DNA of 37,963 nt, from positions 64,001-101,963 of the IMG/VR virus record IMGVR_UViG_3300010347_002503; one strand, written 5' to 3'. A program made the translations under genes and the position numbers. Of the stretch, positions 26,008-34,876 are shown in pieces (position 1 is the stretch's first letter; every line of letters starts with the position of its first letter). Under the pieces are notes generated by a model that worked only from the letters and a program-made list of their open reading frames with translations, made no database searches and was not told where the DNA came from. Source of the stretch: a virus (Duplodnaviria > Heunggongvirae > Uroviricota > Caudoviricetes).

Positions 26008-27318
26008 ATGGATAGCAATCTCTTAAAAGAAGCTATCGCCGACGCAAAGGCTGTCCGACAAACTGCATTGGCAAATGCCAAGGCTGCTTTGGAAGAAGCT
26101 TTTGGAACTCGTCTTGAGGCGATGCTTTCTCCAAAACTCGAAGAGGAAACAAATGACGTTGTGGGTCCAGAGGATCTTCCTCCAGCCCCACCAGTGCTTC
26201 AAAAACCTATGGAACAAGAAGCCGCCGTCAATGAAACCGATATCGAGGAAATCATGAAGGAACTTGAAGCTGAACTCCCAGAGGAATCAGCCGCCGTTCC
26301 ACCGCAGGCACCAGTACCAGCACCAGCTACGTGTCCTCCAACGGACACCACTACTGTTCCGCCAGCTATGTCTCCTCCAGTGGATACTACTGTTCCGCCT
26401 GCTCCCACATCTGTTCCGCCTGCCCCGGCTCCTGCACCAGCACCAGCCGCTCCAGAAGAGGAACTAGATGAAGAAATCGATGTAAATGAGCTTCTTGAAG
26501 CCTTGAAAAAAGAGGAAGAAGAAGAAGAAAAGGACGAACTCCAAGAGTCAGTCCCAGTTAAATCTTCTGGTATTGGCACTGCTGACAACAAAGTGCCATC
26601 AGCCGATGCTCATGAATCGTCTCACATTGAGTCCGCTGCCAAAGATCGAGTTGGTGGAGGCGAAGGCTACACAAATGGCCCTGCTGATCCAACTATGGCA
26701 AAACGACCAAATCAAGGTAAAAATGCCACAAAAGACAACCTTTCGACCCCCGGTGGAGCCCTTAAGGAAACCAAGGAAACGGGTATTCCCGGTGGTACTG
26801 TAACAGCGAAGGAACCTTCTGAGGCCAAACGTCCAAATCAGGCAGATCATGCCACAAAGGATGACCTCTCCACTCCCGGTGGATCATTGAAGGAAGAAAA
26901 TGAACAGTTGAAGGCTCAATTGACCGAAGCCGAAAACGCAATCACCTACCTTCGTCAACAACTTAATGAGATCAACTTGCTGAACGCCAAACTGCTTTAC
27001 ACGAACAGGCTGTTCAAGGAATACAGCATGGACAACAATAAGAAGATGAAGATTGTTGAAATGTTTGATCTTGCCAAGAATGTTCGTGAAGTCAAAATGA
27101 CCTATGCGGTTATCGCTGAGTCCCTCAATTTCGGTGCTGATCTCAAGAAGAAGACCTCTTCTAAGATTCAGAATATCACCGAAGGCATGGCGAGCAAACC
27201 CGTAGCGGGAACAGCACCAGATAAGCAAATCATTGCTGAAAGTGCCAAGTCCGAAATGGTGTCTAAATTCCAAAAACTCGCAGGAATTAAGACACCACAA
27301 CCACAACCAAAAAAGTAA
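26008..27318 (+). CDS. Prohead core / scaffolding protein (T4 gp22-like)
   Basis: Directly upstream of MCP; very acidic, Pro/Ala-rich; coiled-coil LKEENEQLKAQL...LNEINLLNAKLLY; many L-x-E sites; AAGGA before the start. Confidence 0.8.
   Translation: MDSNLLKEAIADAKAVRQTALANAKAALEEAFGTRLEAMLSPKLEEETNDVVGPEDLPPAPPVLQKPMEQEAAVNETDIEEIMKELEAELPEESAAVPPQAPVPAPATCPPTDTTTVPPAMSPPVDTTVPPAPTSVPPAPAPAPAPAAPEEELDEEIDVNELLEALKKEEEEEEKDELQESVPVKSSGIGTADNKVPSADAHESSHIESAAKDRVGGGEGYTNGPADPTMAKRPNQGKNATKDNLSTPGGALKETKETGIPGGTVTAKEPSEAKRPNQADHATKDDLSTPGGSLKEENEQLKAQLTEAENAITYLRQQLNEINLLNAKLLYTNRLFKEYSMDNNKKMKIVEMFDLAKNVREVKMTYAVIAESLNFGADLKKKTSSKIQNITEGMASKPVAGTAPDKQIIAESAKSEMVSKFQKLAGIKTPQPQPKK
26698..26895 (+). 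repeat. Two 24-aa imperfect repeats in scaffold (26698-26769, 26824-26895)
   Basis: AKRPNQGKNATKDNLSTPGGALKE / AKRPNQADHATKDDLSTPGGSLKE. Confidence 0.85.
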
Positions 27319-27345
27319 GTGCGAGAAAATAAAGGATAAACCTAT

Positions 27346-29055
27346 ATGGATAACGTAAAAGAACTGTTGACCAGTGCGTTAGATCCTCAAGCTCGCTTGA
27401 AGCAGGAAACCCGTGGACTCGTGTCCAAGTGGGACAAAACCGGGCTTCTTGAGGGACTCAAGGACGATATTGCCAAAAGCAATATGGCCGTACTGCTCGA
27501 AAATCAGGCGAAACAACTGATCGAAGAAGCCTCCATCACTGGAACTTCTGCGAACAGCGAACAATGGGCTGGCGTGGCACTTCCACTCGTCCGTCGTGTA
27601 TTCGCCGAAATCGCTGCCAAGGAATTCGTTTCCGTGCAGCCAATGAACCTGCCTTCGGGTCTGGTATTCTACTTGGACTTCAAGTATGGAACCAACTCTG
27701 GCGTGTTTACTCGTGACTCCGCAACGAACTACTCTTCGTTGTTCGGTGGTGTCTCGGGATCTACCGCAACCGACCCATGGAAGCTTGGTTCCACCAATGC
27801 TCCTGTTGGCGGTTTGTATGGACCGGGCCGTTATGGCTATACTGTAAACGATCAGGTAGTTGAAAATATTACCATCACATCGGCATCTGCTACATTGGCA
27901 GACATCAACTTCGACACGGGCAATTCCAACGATCCAGTGTATCAGTCGCTATCTGCGTCTTATGCCGCTGGCCGTTTGTGGGCCGTTACAACTTCCGGTT
28001 TCACGACCGCAGTTGCCGCCTCGGGTTCCGCCCCAGATATGAATGCTGTTCGCAGCTTCAGCATTTCGGGCTCTGGTATCGTTACCTACCTCCCCGGCTT
28101 CACTCGCTATAGTGGAAACGAAGTCGTATTTGTTGTTTCGGGTTCTTCGGGTAATGCTGGACCAGTAACACCTGCCAAGATTACCTACTCCGTCCAACCT
28201 CGGGATACTTCCCGTGGTGACTTCGAAGATCGTCTTGGTGTGTCCACAGACGCTACCGACACTGGCCTGAACAAGGACATCGGTATCCCAGAAGTCAACT
28301 TGGAACTCAAGAGCGAACCCATTGTGGCCAAGACCCGCAAGTTGAAAGCCGTCTGGACTCCAGAATTGGCCCAAGACTTGAACGCTTATCACAGCGTTGA
28401 CGCCGAAGCAGAACTCACTGCTTTGCTGTCTGAGTACGTCTCGATGGAAATCGACCTTGAAATCCTCGACATGCTGATTAACAATGTTCCTAATATCAAC
28501 AAGGAACGTTGGAGTGCAGTACTCAACCGTGAAATCATCAAGACTGGCAATACGTATGTTATTCAAGATACGACCACTGCCGGAACTGGTGGTTACTACA
28601 CGAAGGCAACTTGGTACCAAACTCTTGGTAACAAGATTCAAAAGGTTAGCAACAAGATTCACCAGCTTACCCTGCGTGGCGGTGCTAACTTCATGGTAGT
28701 CGGACCAGACGTAGCGACCATCCTCGAATCCATCCCCGGCTTCGTGGTCAATACGGACGGCGATTCTGCCAAGTTCGCAATGGGTGTAAGCCGAGTCGGA
28801 AGCTTTGCTTCTCGATTCCAAGTTTACAAGAATCCTTATATGCAGGAAAACCTGATCCTCATGGGCTTCCGTGGCAATAACTTCTTGGAAACTGGTGCAG
28901 TCTATGCGCCATACATCCCACTTATCCAGACACCTCTGGTTTACGACCCAATCAACTTCACGCCAAGACGTGGTGTAATGACCCGCTATGCGAAGAAGAT
29001 TGTCCGTCCAGAGTTTTACGGACTAGTGTATGTAATGGATACCGACAGGGTATAA
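27346..29055 (+). CDS. gp23: Major capsid protein (T4 gp23-like)
   Basis: LLENQAK, LPLVRRVF, VQPMNLPSGLVFYLDF, AKTRKLKA.WT.ELAQDL.A.H..DAEAELT, YAPYIPL, F.PR.GVMTRY; AAGGA SD. Confidence 0.96.
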   Translation: MDNVKELLTSALDPQARLKQETRGLVSKWDKTGLLEGLKDDIAKSNMAVLLENQAKQLIEEASITGTSANSEQWAGVALPLVRRVFAEIAAKEFVSVQPMNLPSGLVFYLDFKYGTNSGVFTRDSATNYSSLFGGVSGSTATDPWKLGSTNAPVGGLYGPGRYGYTVNDQVVENITITSASATLADINFDTGNSNDPVYQSLSASYAAGRLWAVTTSGFTTAVAASGSAPDMNAVRSFSISGSGIVTYLPGFTRYSGNEVVFVVSGSSGNAGPVTPAKITYSVQPRDTSRGDFEDRLGVSTDATDTGLNKDIGIPEVNLELKSEPIVAKTRKLKAVWTPELAQDLNAYHSVDAEAELTALLSEYVSMEIDLEILDMLINNVPNINKERWSAVLNREIIKTGNTYVIQDTTTAGTGGYYTKATWYQTLGNKIQKVSNKIHQLTLRGGANFMVVGPDVATILESIPGFVVNTDGDSAKFAMGVSRVGSFASRFQVYKNPYMQENLILMGFRGNNFLETGAVYAPYIPLIQTPLVYDPINFTPRRGVMTRYAKKIVRPEFYGLVYVMDTDRV

Positions 29056-29075
29056 GCTATAACACTATAATCACG

Positions 29076-29106
29076 AAGGGCTTCCGAAAGGAAGCCCTTT
29101 TTATTT
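29076..29106 (+). terminator. Rho-independent terminator after MCP
   Basis: AAGGGCTTCC-GAAA-GGAAGCCCTT perfect 10-bp stem with GNRA loop, followed by TTTATTT. Confidence 0.9.
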
Positions 29107-29172
29107 CCATGCTATAATGAGATATGCGAAAAAGACTTGCATCTTATTCGTATATCTTCTATATGTATATGG

Positions 29173-31116
29173 ATGAAAAGAAAGATAGTTAACAAACCCA
29201 AGACAGTTGTATGTGGCATTTGTTTGAAACCATTTTCGCTATATGGGATGGTATCACACATTAAGAATACGCATCATATTTCATTAGAACAATACACAAA
29301 CACGTACGGCGAATTTCGAGCTCCAATACGACAAAGTAAACGGAACATACAAACCATCCAATGCGGAATATGTGGGAGGGGAATATCTTCAACAGGCATG
29401 TTCGTGCATCTTCGAGATTCTCACGACATTTCACCCGACGATTATGTTAAACTACATCCAGAATACCGACCATCCAAAATACGACAGCAAAGTTACATGC
29501 AGCGTCTTAAGGAAAATTGTAACATTCAAACATGTGTAATATGTGGTAAGGATTTTCCTTCTGGTAATTTACTCGGTTGGCATATAAAAAACGAACACAA
29601 AATATCGAAAAGAGAATATATTCTTACACATATTTTTAACGGAACCCATCCAAAATGTAAGTGTGGATGTGGCAGGCCAGTCAAAATTCTAAACTACTAC
29701 CCATATTGCCGAGAATATATTTCAAGTCATAACCCAAATGCAATGTTGGGTAAGCATCACTCGAATTTATCTAAAGAAAAAATGGCATTGAAAGCAATGG
29801 AACGTCTATCTGCAACTCCATCGCCAAAAATTGACACAGAACCAGAAAAAAAATTTGAAGAATTCCTCAACCGCAATAATGAAAAATATATTCATCCCTA
29901 CAAAACCGAACACGGTCTGATTGATTTTTTCCTCCCTGATCGGAACTGGTTCGTTGAAATAGATGGAAATTATTGGCATCCAATTAAAATCGAAGGATTG
30001 AATTTTCGATTGCTTCCCAATGTAATTTCCGCAAAAAGGAAATCCTCGCTTCCAAACTTAAAGAGAATACGAGAGGAAAATATTGATAAAATAAAATCAA
30101 TCGCCGACATTCAGACATTATCAACCACATACGATTTTATCATCCCTTTCCGGCAGAAAATAATTTTTAAGGAATTCTTCGAGGCTTGCTTAGAACTTAA
30201 AGGTGAAAGTTACCTCCATGAGAATATTTGGCTACTTTTAAAGTTTATAAGAGAGATGCAACCAGAGTTTCCATTTCCACCAAACGAAGAAACTCCCGGT
30301 GATGTTATTACACAAATCCAGTCTGCGGACTTTAAATCTATATTAAATGAAAATGAAAGAACGTTTTCAAATAATATCTCGAACATCGGAGTTTCTTGGC
30401 TGAAAAGTCATTTCAAGTCATATTGGAAAAGTGCGTTCAATGGAAATCCATCTCCCGTTGAAGCATGGGGGGATGATGAAATCTTAAAACAAATAATCAC
30501 ATATAGAGTGGGTCTAAATAATTCTGGAGAAATCTTTGATTTTAGTCTCCATCAAATGATACGGGGTTTATCTGCTCGCCGATTAACCGTCTCGTTTTTC
30601 AAACCATTATTGGCGGCAGCAATATATGACTACTACTTGAAAGATGCTACGACCCCTACAACGTTCGATCCATGTTGTGGATTTGGGGGAAGATTAGTCG
30701 GGTTCAAGGCACGATATCCACATGGAAAATATATCGGATGTGAACCAAACTCAGAAACCTACACCGAACTTGTTTCTCTTGTTCGAATGATGAATTGGCA
30801 AGATGTGCAAATATACAATTGCAAACAAGAAGATTTTAAAGAAACTATCACTCCAGATTTTGTTTTTACAAGCATTCCATACTACGACAAAGAAATTTAC
30901 AGCCAACCAGTGGAATACTCTTCATTTGAAAAGTGGACAACAGAATTCATCGGGGGATTATTACGTCATGCCAAATTAGCTCCTACATATATCAACCTAT
31001 CACAAGATTTAGCACAATTACTTGGTTGGAACAATCCAGATACTTATATTGTATCCAACCGTTCACATTTCGATAGGACAGAAGGGTTGAAAATCGAACC
31101 AATCGTGAAGCTTTAG
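29173..31116 (+). CDS. Fusion: 3x C2H2-like Zn fingers + CxCGCG/NUMOD3 + Vsr/DUF559-like endonuclease + amino-methyltransferase domain
   Basis: CGIC...H...H, CGIC...H...H, CVIC...H...H; CKCGCG; MLGKHHSNLSKEKM; IDFFLPDRNWFVEIDGNYWH; FDPCCGFGGRL; FTSIPYY. Start may be 29137 (TTG) or 29173. Confidence 0.75.
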   Translation: MKRKIVNKPKTVVCGICLKPFSLYGMVSHIKNTHHISLEQYTNTYGEFRAPIRQSKRNIQTIQCGICGRGISSTGMFVHLRDSHDISPDDYVKLHPEYRPSKIRQQSYMQRLKENCNIQTCVICGKDFPSGNLLGWHIKNEHKISKREYILTHIFNGTHPKCKCGCGRPVKILNYYPYCREYISSHNPNAMLGKHHSNLSKEKMALKAMERLSATPSPKIDTEPEKKFEEFLNRNNEKYIHPYKTEHGLIDFFLPDRNWFVEIDGNYWHPIKIEGLNFRLLPNVISAKRKSSLPNLKRIREENIDKIKSIADIQTLSTTYDFIIPFRQKIIFKEFFEACLELKGESYLHENIWLLLKFIREMQPEFPFPPNEETPGDVITQIQSADFKSILNENERTFSNNISNIGVSWLKSHFKSYWKSAFNGNPSPVEAWGDDEILKQIITYRVGLNNSGEIFDFSLHQMIRGLSARRLTVSFFKPLLAAAIYDYYLKDATTPTTFDPCCGFGGRLVGFKARYPHGKYIGCEPNSETYTELVSLVRMMNWQDVQIYNCKQEDFKETITPDFVFTSIPYYDKEIYSQPVEYSSFEKWTTEFIGGLLRHAKLAPTYINLSQDLAQLLGWNNPDTYIVSNRSHFDRTEGLKIEPIVKL

Positions 31117-31178
31117 TGAATGCTTCCACGACTCTAAAGGGATAAGGGCTTTATGCTTCCAAGAACGTAACGACACAC

Positions 31179-31207
31179 TTGACTCACCATTCAACTTCTG
31201 GTAGTAT
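31179..31207 (+). promoter_or_regulatory. sigma70-like promoter (TTGACT-N17-TAGTAT, TGn extended -10)
   Basis: Hexamers at 31179-31184 and 31202-31207, upstream of the ATP-grasp gene. Confidence 0.55.
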
Positions 31208-31228
31208 GAAATTATGAAATTATGAAAT
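31205..31228 (+). repeat. (TATGAAAT)x3 tandem repeat spanning the ATP-grasp start
   Basis: Three perfect 8-bp units; ATGs at 31206, 31214 and 31222. Confidence 0.9.
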
Positions 31229-32055
31229 GTAGATGGATTGTGGAGAATTTTACGAACTCCGATGACTATAAAAATTTGATTGAAGCCGTTCGAAAAACGG
31301 AGCGTGATTGCTATGTTATCGACAAACATAACAATTTCGATTTCGACCCATCAAGATATCGGGAAAATGAATGCATTATGTTTCAAGGGTCTATTCAAAT
31401 GGCCCGTCATTGCCGTAAAGTTCTTCCAAAAGGATGTTTCCCCATTGCTTTTTGCACCGAGGAAAATTTTCTTTGTTCCACCTATTATCCTTATGTTCAA
31501 GAATTCCTGTTCAATAACAAACACCGCTTTGTGACCATTTCTGAACTAAAGGCCAACATGTTTGGTTTTTATAAAGAATTCGGAAAAGAAGCCCTTGTCT
31601 ATATTCGTCCTGACCGTGGGGACAAACCATTTGTCGGTCAATTGCTTGATATACAGGATTTCGAACAATTTTGGAAAAATGATGTTGTTTGTACGGCAGA
31701 AGATGATGATTTGGTAATTGTAAGCACACCTAAGACCATTCAAGGTGAGTGGCGATACGTTTGTACCTATAATAAGGAAATTATTGCCCAATCAACTTAT
31801 CAGTATCAGGGTAAACGAACTTCTATTCCTTTTGCTCCACCGCAAGCCACTGAATTGGTCCACAAAATACTCAATAAAGGGTATTTTCCCGATCCAGTAT
31901 TCACAATAGATGTATGCCAAGACATCGATGGGAACTTTTGGATGTTGGAGTTCAACTCCTTTTCTAGTGCAGGACTGTATGCCTGTGACAAAAATCTCAT
32001 TGCTAAGAAGGTATCGGAAATCGCTGAAAAGGAATATTTTTTGAGGTATCCGTGA
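31222..32055 (+). CDS. ATP-grasp domain protein (R2K-clade / DUF4343-like)
   Basis: YIRPDRGDKPFVGQL, EWRYV, FTIDV...WMLEFNSFSSAGLY; family name recalled. Confidence 0.8.
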   Translation: MKCRWIVENFTNSDDYKNLIEAVRKTERDCYVIDKHNNFDFDPSRYRENECIMFQGSIQMARHCRKVLPKGCFPIAFCTEENFLCSTYYPYVQEFLFNNKHRFVTISELKANMFGFYKEFGKEALVYIRPDRGDKPFVGQLLDIQDFEQFWKNDVVCTAEDDDLVIVSTPKTIQGEWRYVCTYNKEIIAQSTYQYQGKRTSIPFAPPQATELVHKILNKGYFPDPVFTIDVCQDIDGNFWMLEFNSFSSAGLYACDKNLIAKKVSEIAEKEYFLRYP

Positions 32056-32063
32056 TATTTATA
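32056..32063 (+). promoter_or_regulatory. TATTTATA box
   Basis: At the gene junction, 3 nt before ATG 32067. Confidence 0.45.
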
Positions 32064-32066
32064 TTC

Positions 32067-32411
32067 ATGCTGACGCTCAAGTCTCTAATTTCAGAAACCG
32101 TTATTCCATTGACACAAGAAGATGCTCAAGAAGTTCATCATAAGCTAAGAATTCTTGCCGATACTCCAGATCTTCAAATGGATTATGGTTTAACTCAAGA
32201 CCAAGCCAACGCATTAGTTCAAAGTATTCCTAAAAGTGGGGGGCAATGGATTGTTCCTCCGTGGGCATGGACGGCAGTTCAGGGAGAAATGGCCGATCAT
32301 ATCGAAGTCCTACAGGATATTGCAATGGATGCGTTTAATGCTAGAGAACAGGGCCAAGCATTGCGTATAAGTAAGCAAGCCAAAAGGCTTAAAAAACTCT
32401 TTGGAGTTTGA
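32067..32411 (+). CDS. Hypothetical protein (MLTLKSLISE N-terminus)
   Basis: ORF after the TATTTATA box. Confidence 0.7.
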   Translation: MLTLKSLISETVIPLTQEDAQEVHHKLRILADTPDLQMDYGLTQDQANALVQSIPKSGGQWIVPPWAWTAVQGEMADHIEVLQDIAMDAFNAREQGQALRISKQAKRLKKLFGV

Positions 32412-32423
32412 TCTTCTTTTTGC

Positions 32424-32431
32424 TATTTATA
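32424..32431 (+). promoter_or_regulatory. TATTTATA box
   Basis: Intergenic, 12 nt before ATG 32444. Confidence 0.5.
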
Positions 32432-32443
32432 TGTTGAGACACT

Positions 32444-34876
32444 ATGTCCACATACCGTCACTTTATCAATGAAATGTACATTCATGGGTTCGAAACCGAT
32501 GAGAACGAACCCATTTTTCGTGTACCTGAAAATTTTGACCGCTACAACAAGGGATCAGGATGGGAAGCGTACAAGGGTGGAAATGATTGGGAAAATGGAA
32601 CAACTGGTGTGGCGGTTTATCTTAATCCAGAGGGTTATAACAAGGACATGGCTAGAATTTGGTTCGAAGTTAAATTTCCTCCGCATTTAGAAGAATATGT
32701 TTCCTCGTCAAAAAGATCCACCGATCCTTCTTCTATTGCTGTCCAAAAATGGGGAAACAAAGCTGCTAGCCGATGGCTAAGGGAAACTATAAATATTCGT
32801 AAAAAAACAAGACAAGTTCATGGTCCTCACGACGGCTATAAACGAAAGTGGATTGAAAGAAAACCTTGGAAAGAATGTTTTATGCTTGCTCTGGAATCAG
32901 AGAAGATGAAGCCGTTTGTGAAGAAATGGGGTGTCGATAAAACGAAATGGGTAGGAATGAAGCGGTCCACGATTATGGAGGGATTAGGTCTTAAACTCCA
33001 AGAAGAAGGAAAGCCCTCTAAATATTGGTGGATGGATAAAGACGGAAAACTCATTCCCGTTGGTCCAGAACAGCATTCTCCGGTTGCCCGTCAAATGTTT
33101 GGACTTCCTATTTCTTCTGCTGTTTATCCCGAGATGTATGAAAAAGGATATCTCCGAGTTGCTTTTACGGGCTATTGGGGTTCTTATCAAATTGAAATCA
33201 ATCATAAGCCCGGTAAAAGTCCTTCTCTTGCCCAATGGAGAGCCTTAAAAGATTTAGCTATTGAAATGGGAGCAGAATCAATTAGAGATAATACCGACAG
33301 TAAACTTGTTCGGGTTGACGAAAGCCGTTTATTGTTTGAAAATTTTCATGACAATAAGGAATGGTTTCTCTATGAAGGAGACAACACTATAACGGCAGTC
33401 TTTGAAGACAATTCAAGACAGACTTTTAAGATTCATTTTCATACCAATCGGTTAAGAGAAGATAGAGAAAAACACCGAAAAAAAGCCGCAATAACATGGA
33501 AAAAATTAGCCAAAGAAATCCGTAACAGTGCGGGCTTGAATCAGGCAGGGAATCCCATCGTTATTCCTTGGCAAGAATGTTTTTCTCGGGCTCTCAAGCA
33601 CCCAATGATGAAAGAATTCATTGATGATATGAGAGCAACTCCTATTTTCGAAGTATGGATGCCAATACAAAACATATGGTTATCCCCAAATGGAGAAGCT
33701 CGACGTGTCAGTTCACACGAACGGGGAGCGAGTGATATTCTTGCGAGTCTTGGAAAAAAAGTTGGTGGAGGGTATCGAGAAGCATATGATGCCATGTACC
33801 GTCTTGGATGGGCACGGGTTATCGTGGGAGATAATGCATATCCTTTGATTGTAGATACTGGAAGCGAAGGAATGCCTAGACTTACAAAAGCACAACGTCA
33901 ATGGGTAGAAGACCGTTCTTACGATCTTGGCTTGGAAGGATCTTATAGTAACGCATATGGACAAGAAATGCATTTGGAAGAATTATCCGAAGAAATCATT
34001 GGTGAAATGACTTATGATGAACTTCGGAATAGTATGAAGGGATATCGTTCTAAGGCAGATTTGAATAGAGGCACAACTACGGGTTCGGATAGTCGTGAAC
34101 GAGGAGCGAAAGAAGTTAGTGTTCGTTCTCTGCGTGTTATAAGCACATTAGGTAAAGACGGGGAAGAACATCCCACAGCGATGTTCAGTTACAAAACCAG
34201 AAATACAACCGGCGATCCAAGAAAAACGCACCAGAGATGGCAGGGATATATTCGTTATCGAGGCGGCGATTCCAAAAGTGTAGTTGCACCAGTAAAAAAG
34301 AAACAAGATGTTGAAGTAAACTGCACTTGTCCCGACTACAAATATGTCTGGGCCAAGGCAAACTCTGACGCTGACGCCGGTGAAACAGGAGTTTCAAAAC
34401 CAGCCGGATTTTCTGCGACTGGTCCCGTTTCAAAGATTGAGCCAAAACCAATGCAATATAGAACTCAACAAGTTGGTAAGAAACCCGTCAATATTTTCGA
34501 AGATGTCAACGATTATGACACACAAGAAGATACACCCGTTCAGAATGAACCAAAGGGAGAACCCGTAGATATAGATAAGCGATGGAAGTTCCAAGGTGGT
34601 AACACCAATAATGGAACATACGGAAAGAGAATTCGAAATCCTCAGAATACGCCGGGACTCTGCAAGCATTTGCTTGCTTTAGCAGATTATATTGAACGTG
34701 GAATTGAAAAAGCCGAACCGGTGGCTCCGGTCAAACCGGGAGAAGAAGAGCCTCAAGTCGTTGCCCCCGAAAAACCGTCCAAATTGAAAAAACGAGGTAA
34801 ACCAATCAACATTTTTGAATCGATTGTCAACTTTGCACGAGCCAACCCACAGTTTGATGTTTTATATGAAGACTAA
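32444..34876 (+). CDS. Multidomain protein: A-B-A'-B' repeats plus SWIM-type Zn finger
   Basis: KAASRW...PWKECFMLAL / KAAITW...PWQECFSRAL; YWWMDKDG...H...GYLRV / IWLSPNG...H...GWARV; NCTCPDY ... GLCKH. Confidence 0.75.
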   Translation: MSTYRHFINEMYIHGFETDENEPIFRVPENFDRYNKGSGWEAYKGGNDWENGTTGVAVYLNPEGYNKDMARIWFEVKFPPHLEEYVSSSKRSTDPSSIAVQKWGNKAASRWLRETINIRKKTRQVHGPHDGYKRKWIERKPWKECFMLALESEKMKPFVKKWGVDKTKWVGMKRSTIMEGLGLKLQEEGKPSKYWWMDKDGKLIPVGPEQHSPVARQMFGLPISSAVYPEMYEKGYLRVAFTGYWGSYQIEINHKPGKSPSLAQWRALKDLAIEMGAESIRDNTDSKLVRVDESRLLFENFHDNKEWFLYEGDNTITAVFEDNSRQTFKIHFHTNRLREDREKHRKKAAITWKKLAKEIRNSAGLNQAGNPIVIPWQECFSRALKHPMMKEFIDDMRATPIFEVWMPIQNIWLSPNGEARRVSSHERGASDILASLGKKVGGGYREAYDAMYRLGWARVIVGDNAYPLIVDTGSEGMPRLTKAQRQWVEDRSYDLGLEGSYSNAYGQEMHLEELSEEIIGEMTYDELRNSMKGYRSKADLNRGTTTGSDSRERGAKEVSVRSLRVISTLGKDGEEHPTAMFSYKTRNTTGDPRKTHQRWQGYIRYRGGDSKSVVAPVKKKQDVEVNCTCPDYKYVWAKANSDADAGETGVSKPAGFSATGPVSKIEPKPMQYRTQQVGKKPVNIFEDVNDYDTQEDTPVQNEPKGEPVDIDKRWKFQGGNTNNGTYGKRIRNPQNTPGLCKHLLALADYIERGIEKAEPVAPVKPGEEEPQVVAPEKPSKLKKRGKPINIFESIVNFARANPQFDVLYED

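Noticed and set aside
27949-28821. 290-aa antisense ORF inside the major capsid gene
   Set aside because: Fully nested opposite a strongly codon-biased gene, with no motif or promoter; an expected shadow ORF. The same applies to the other short nested ORFs in the track.
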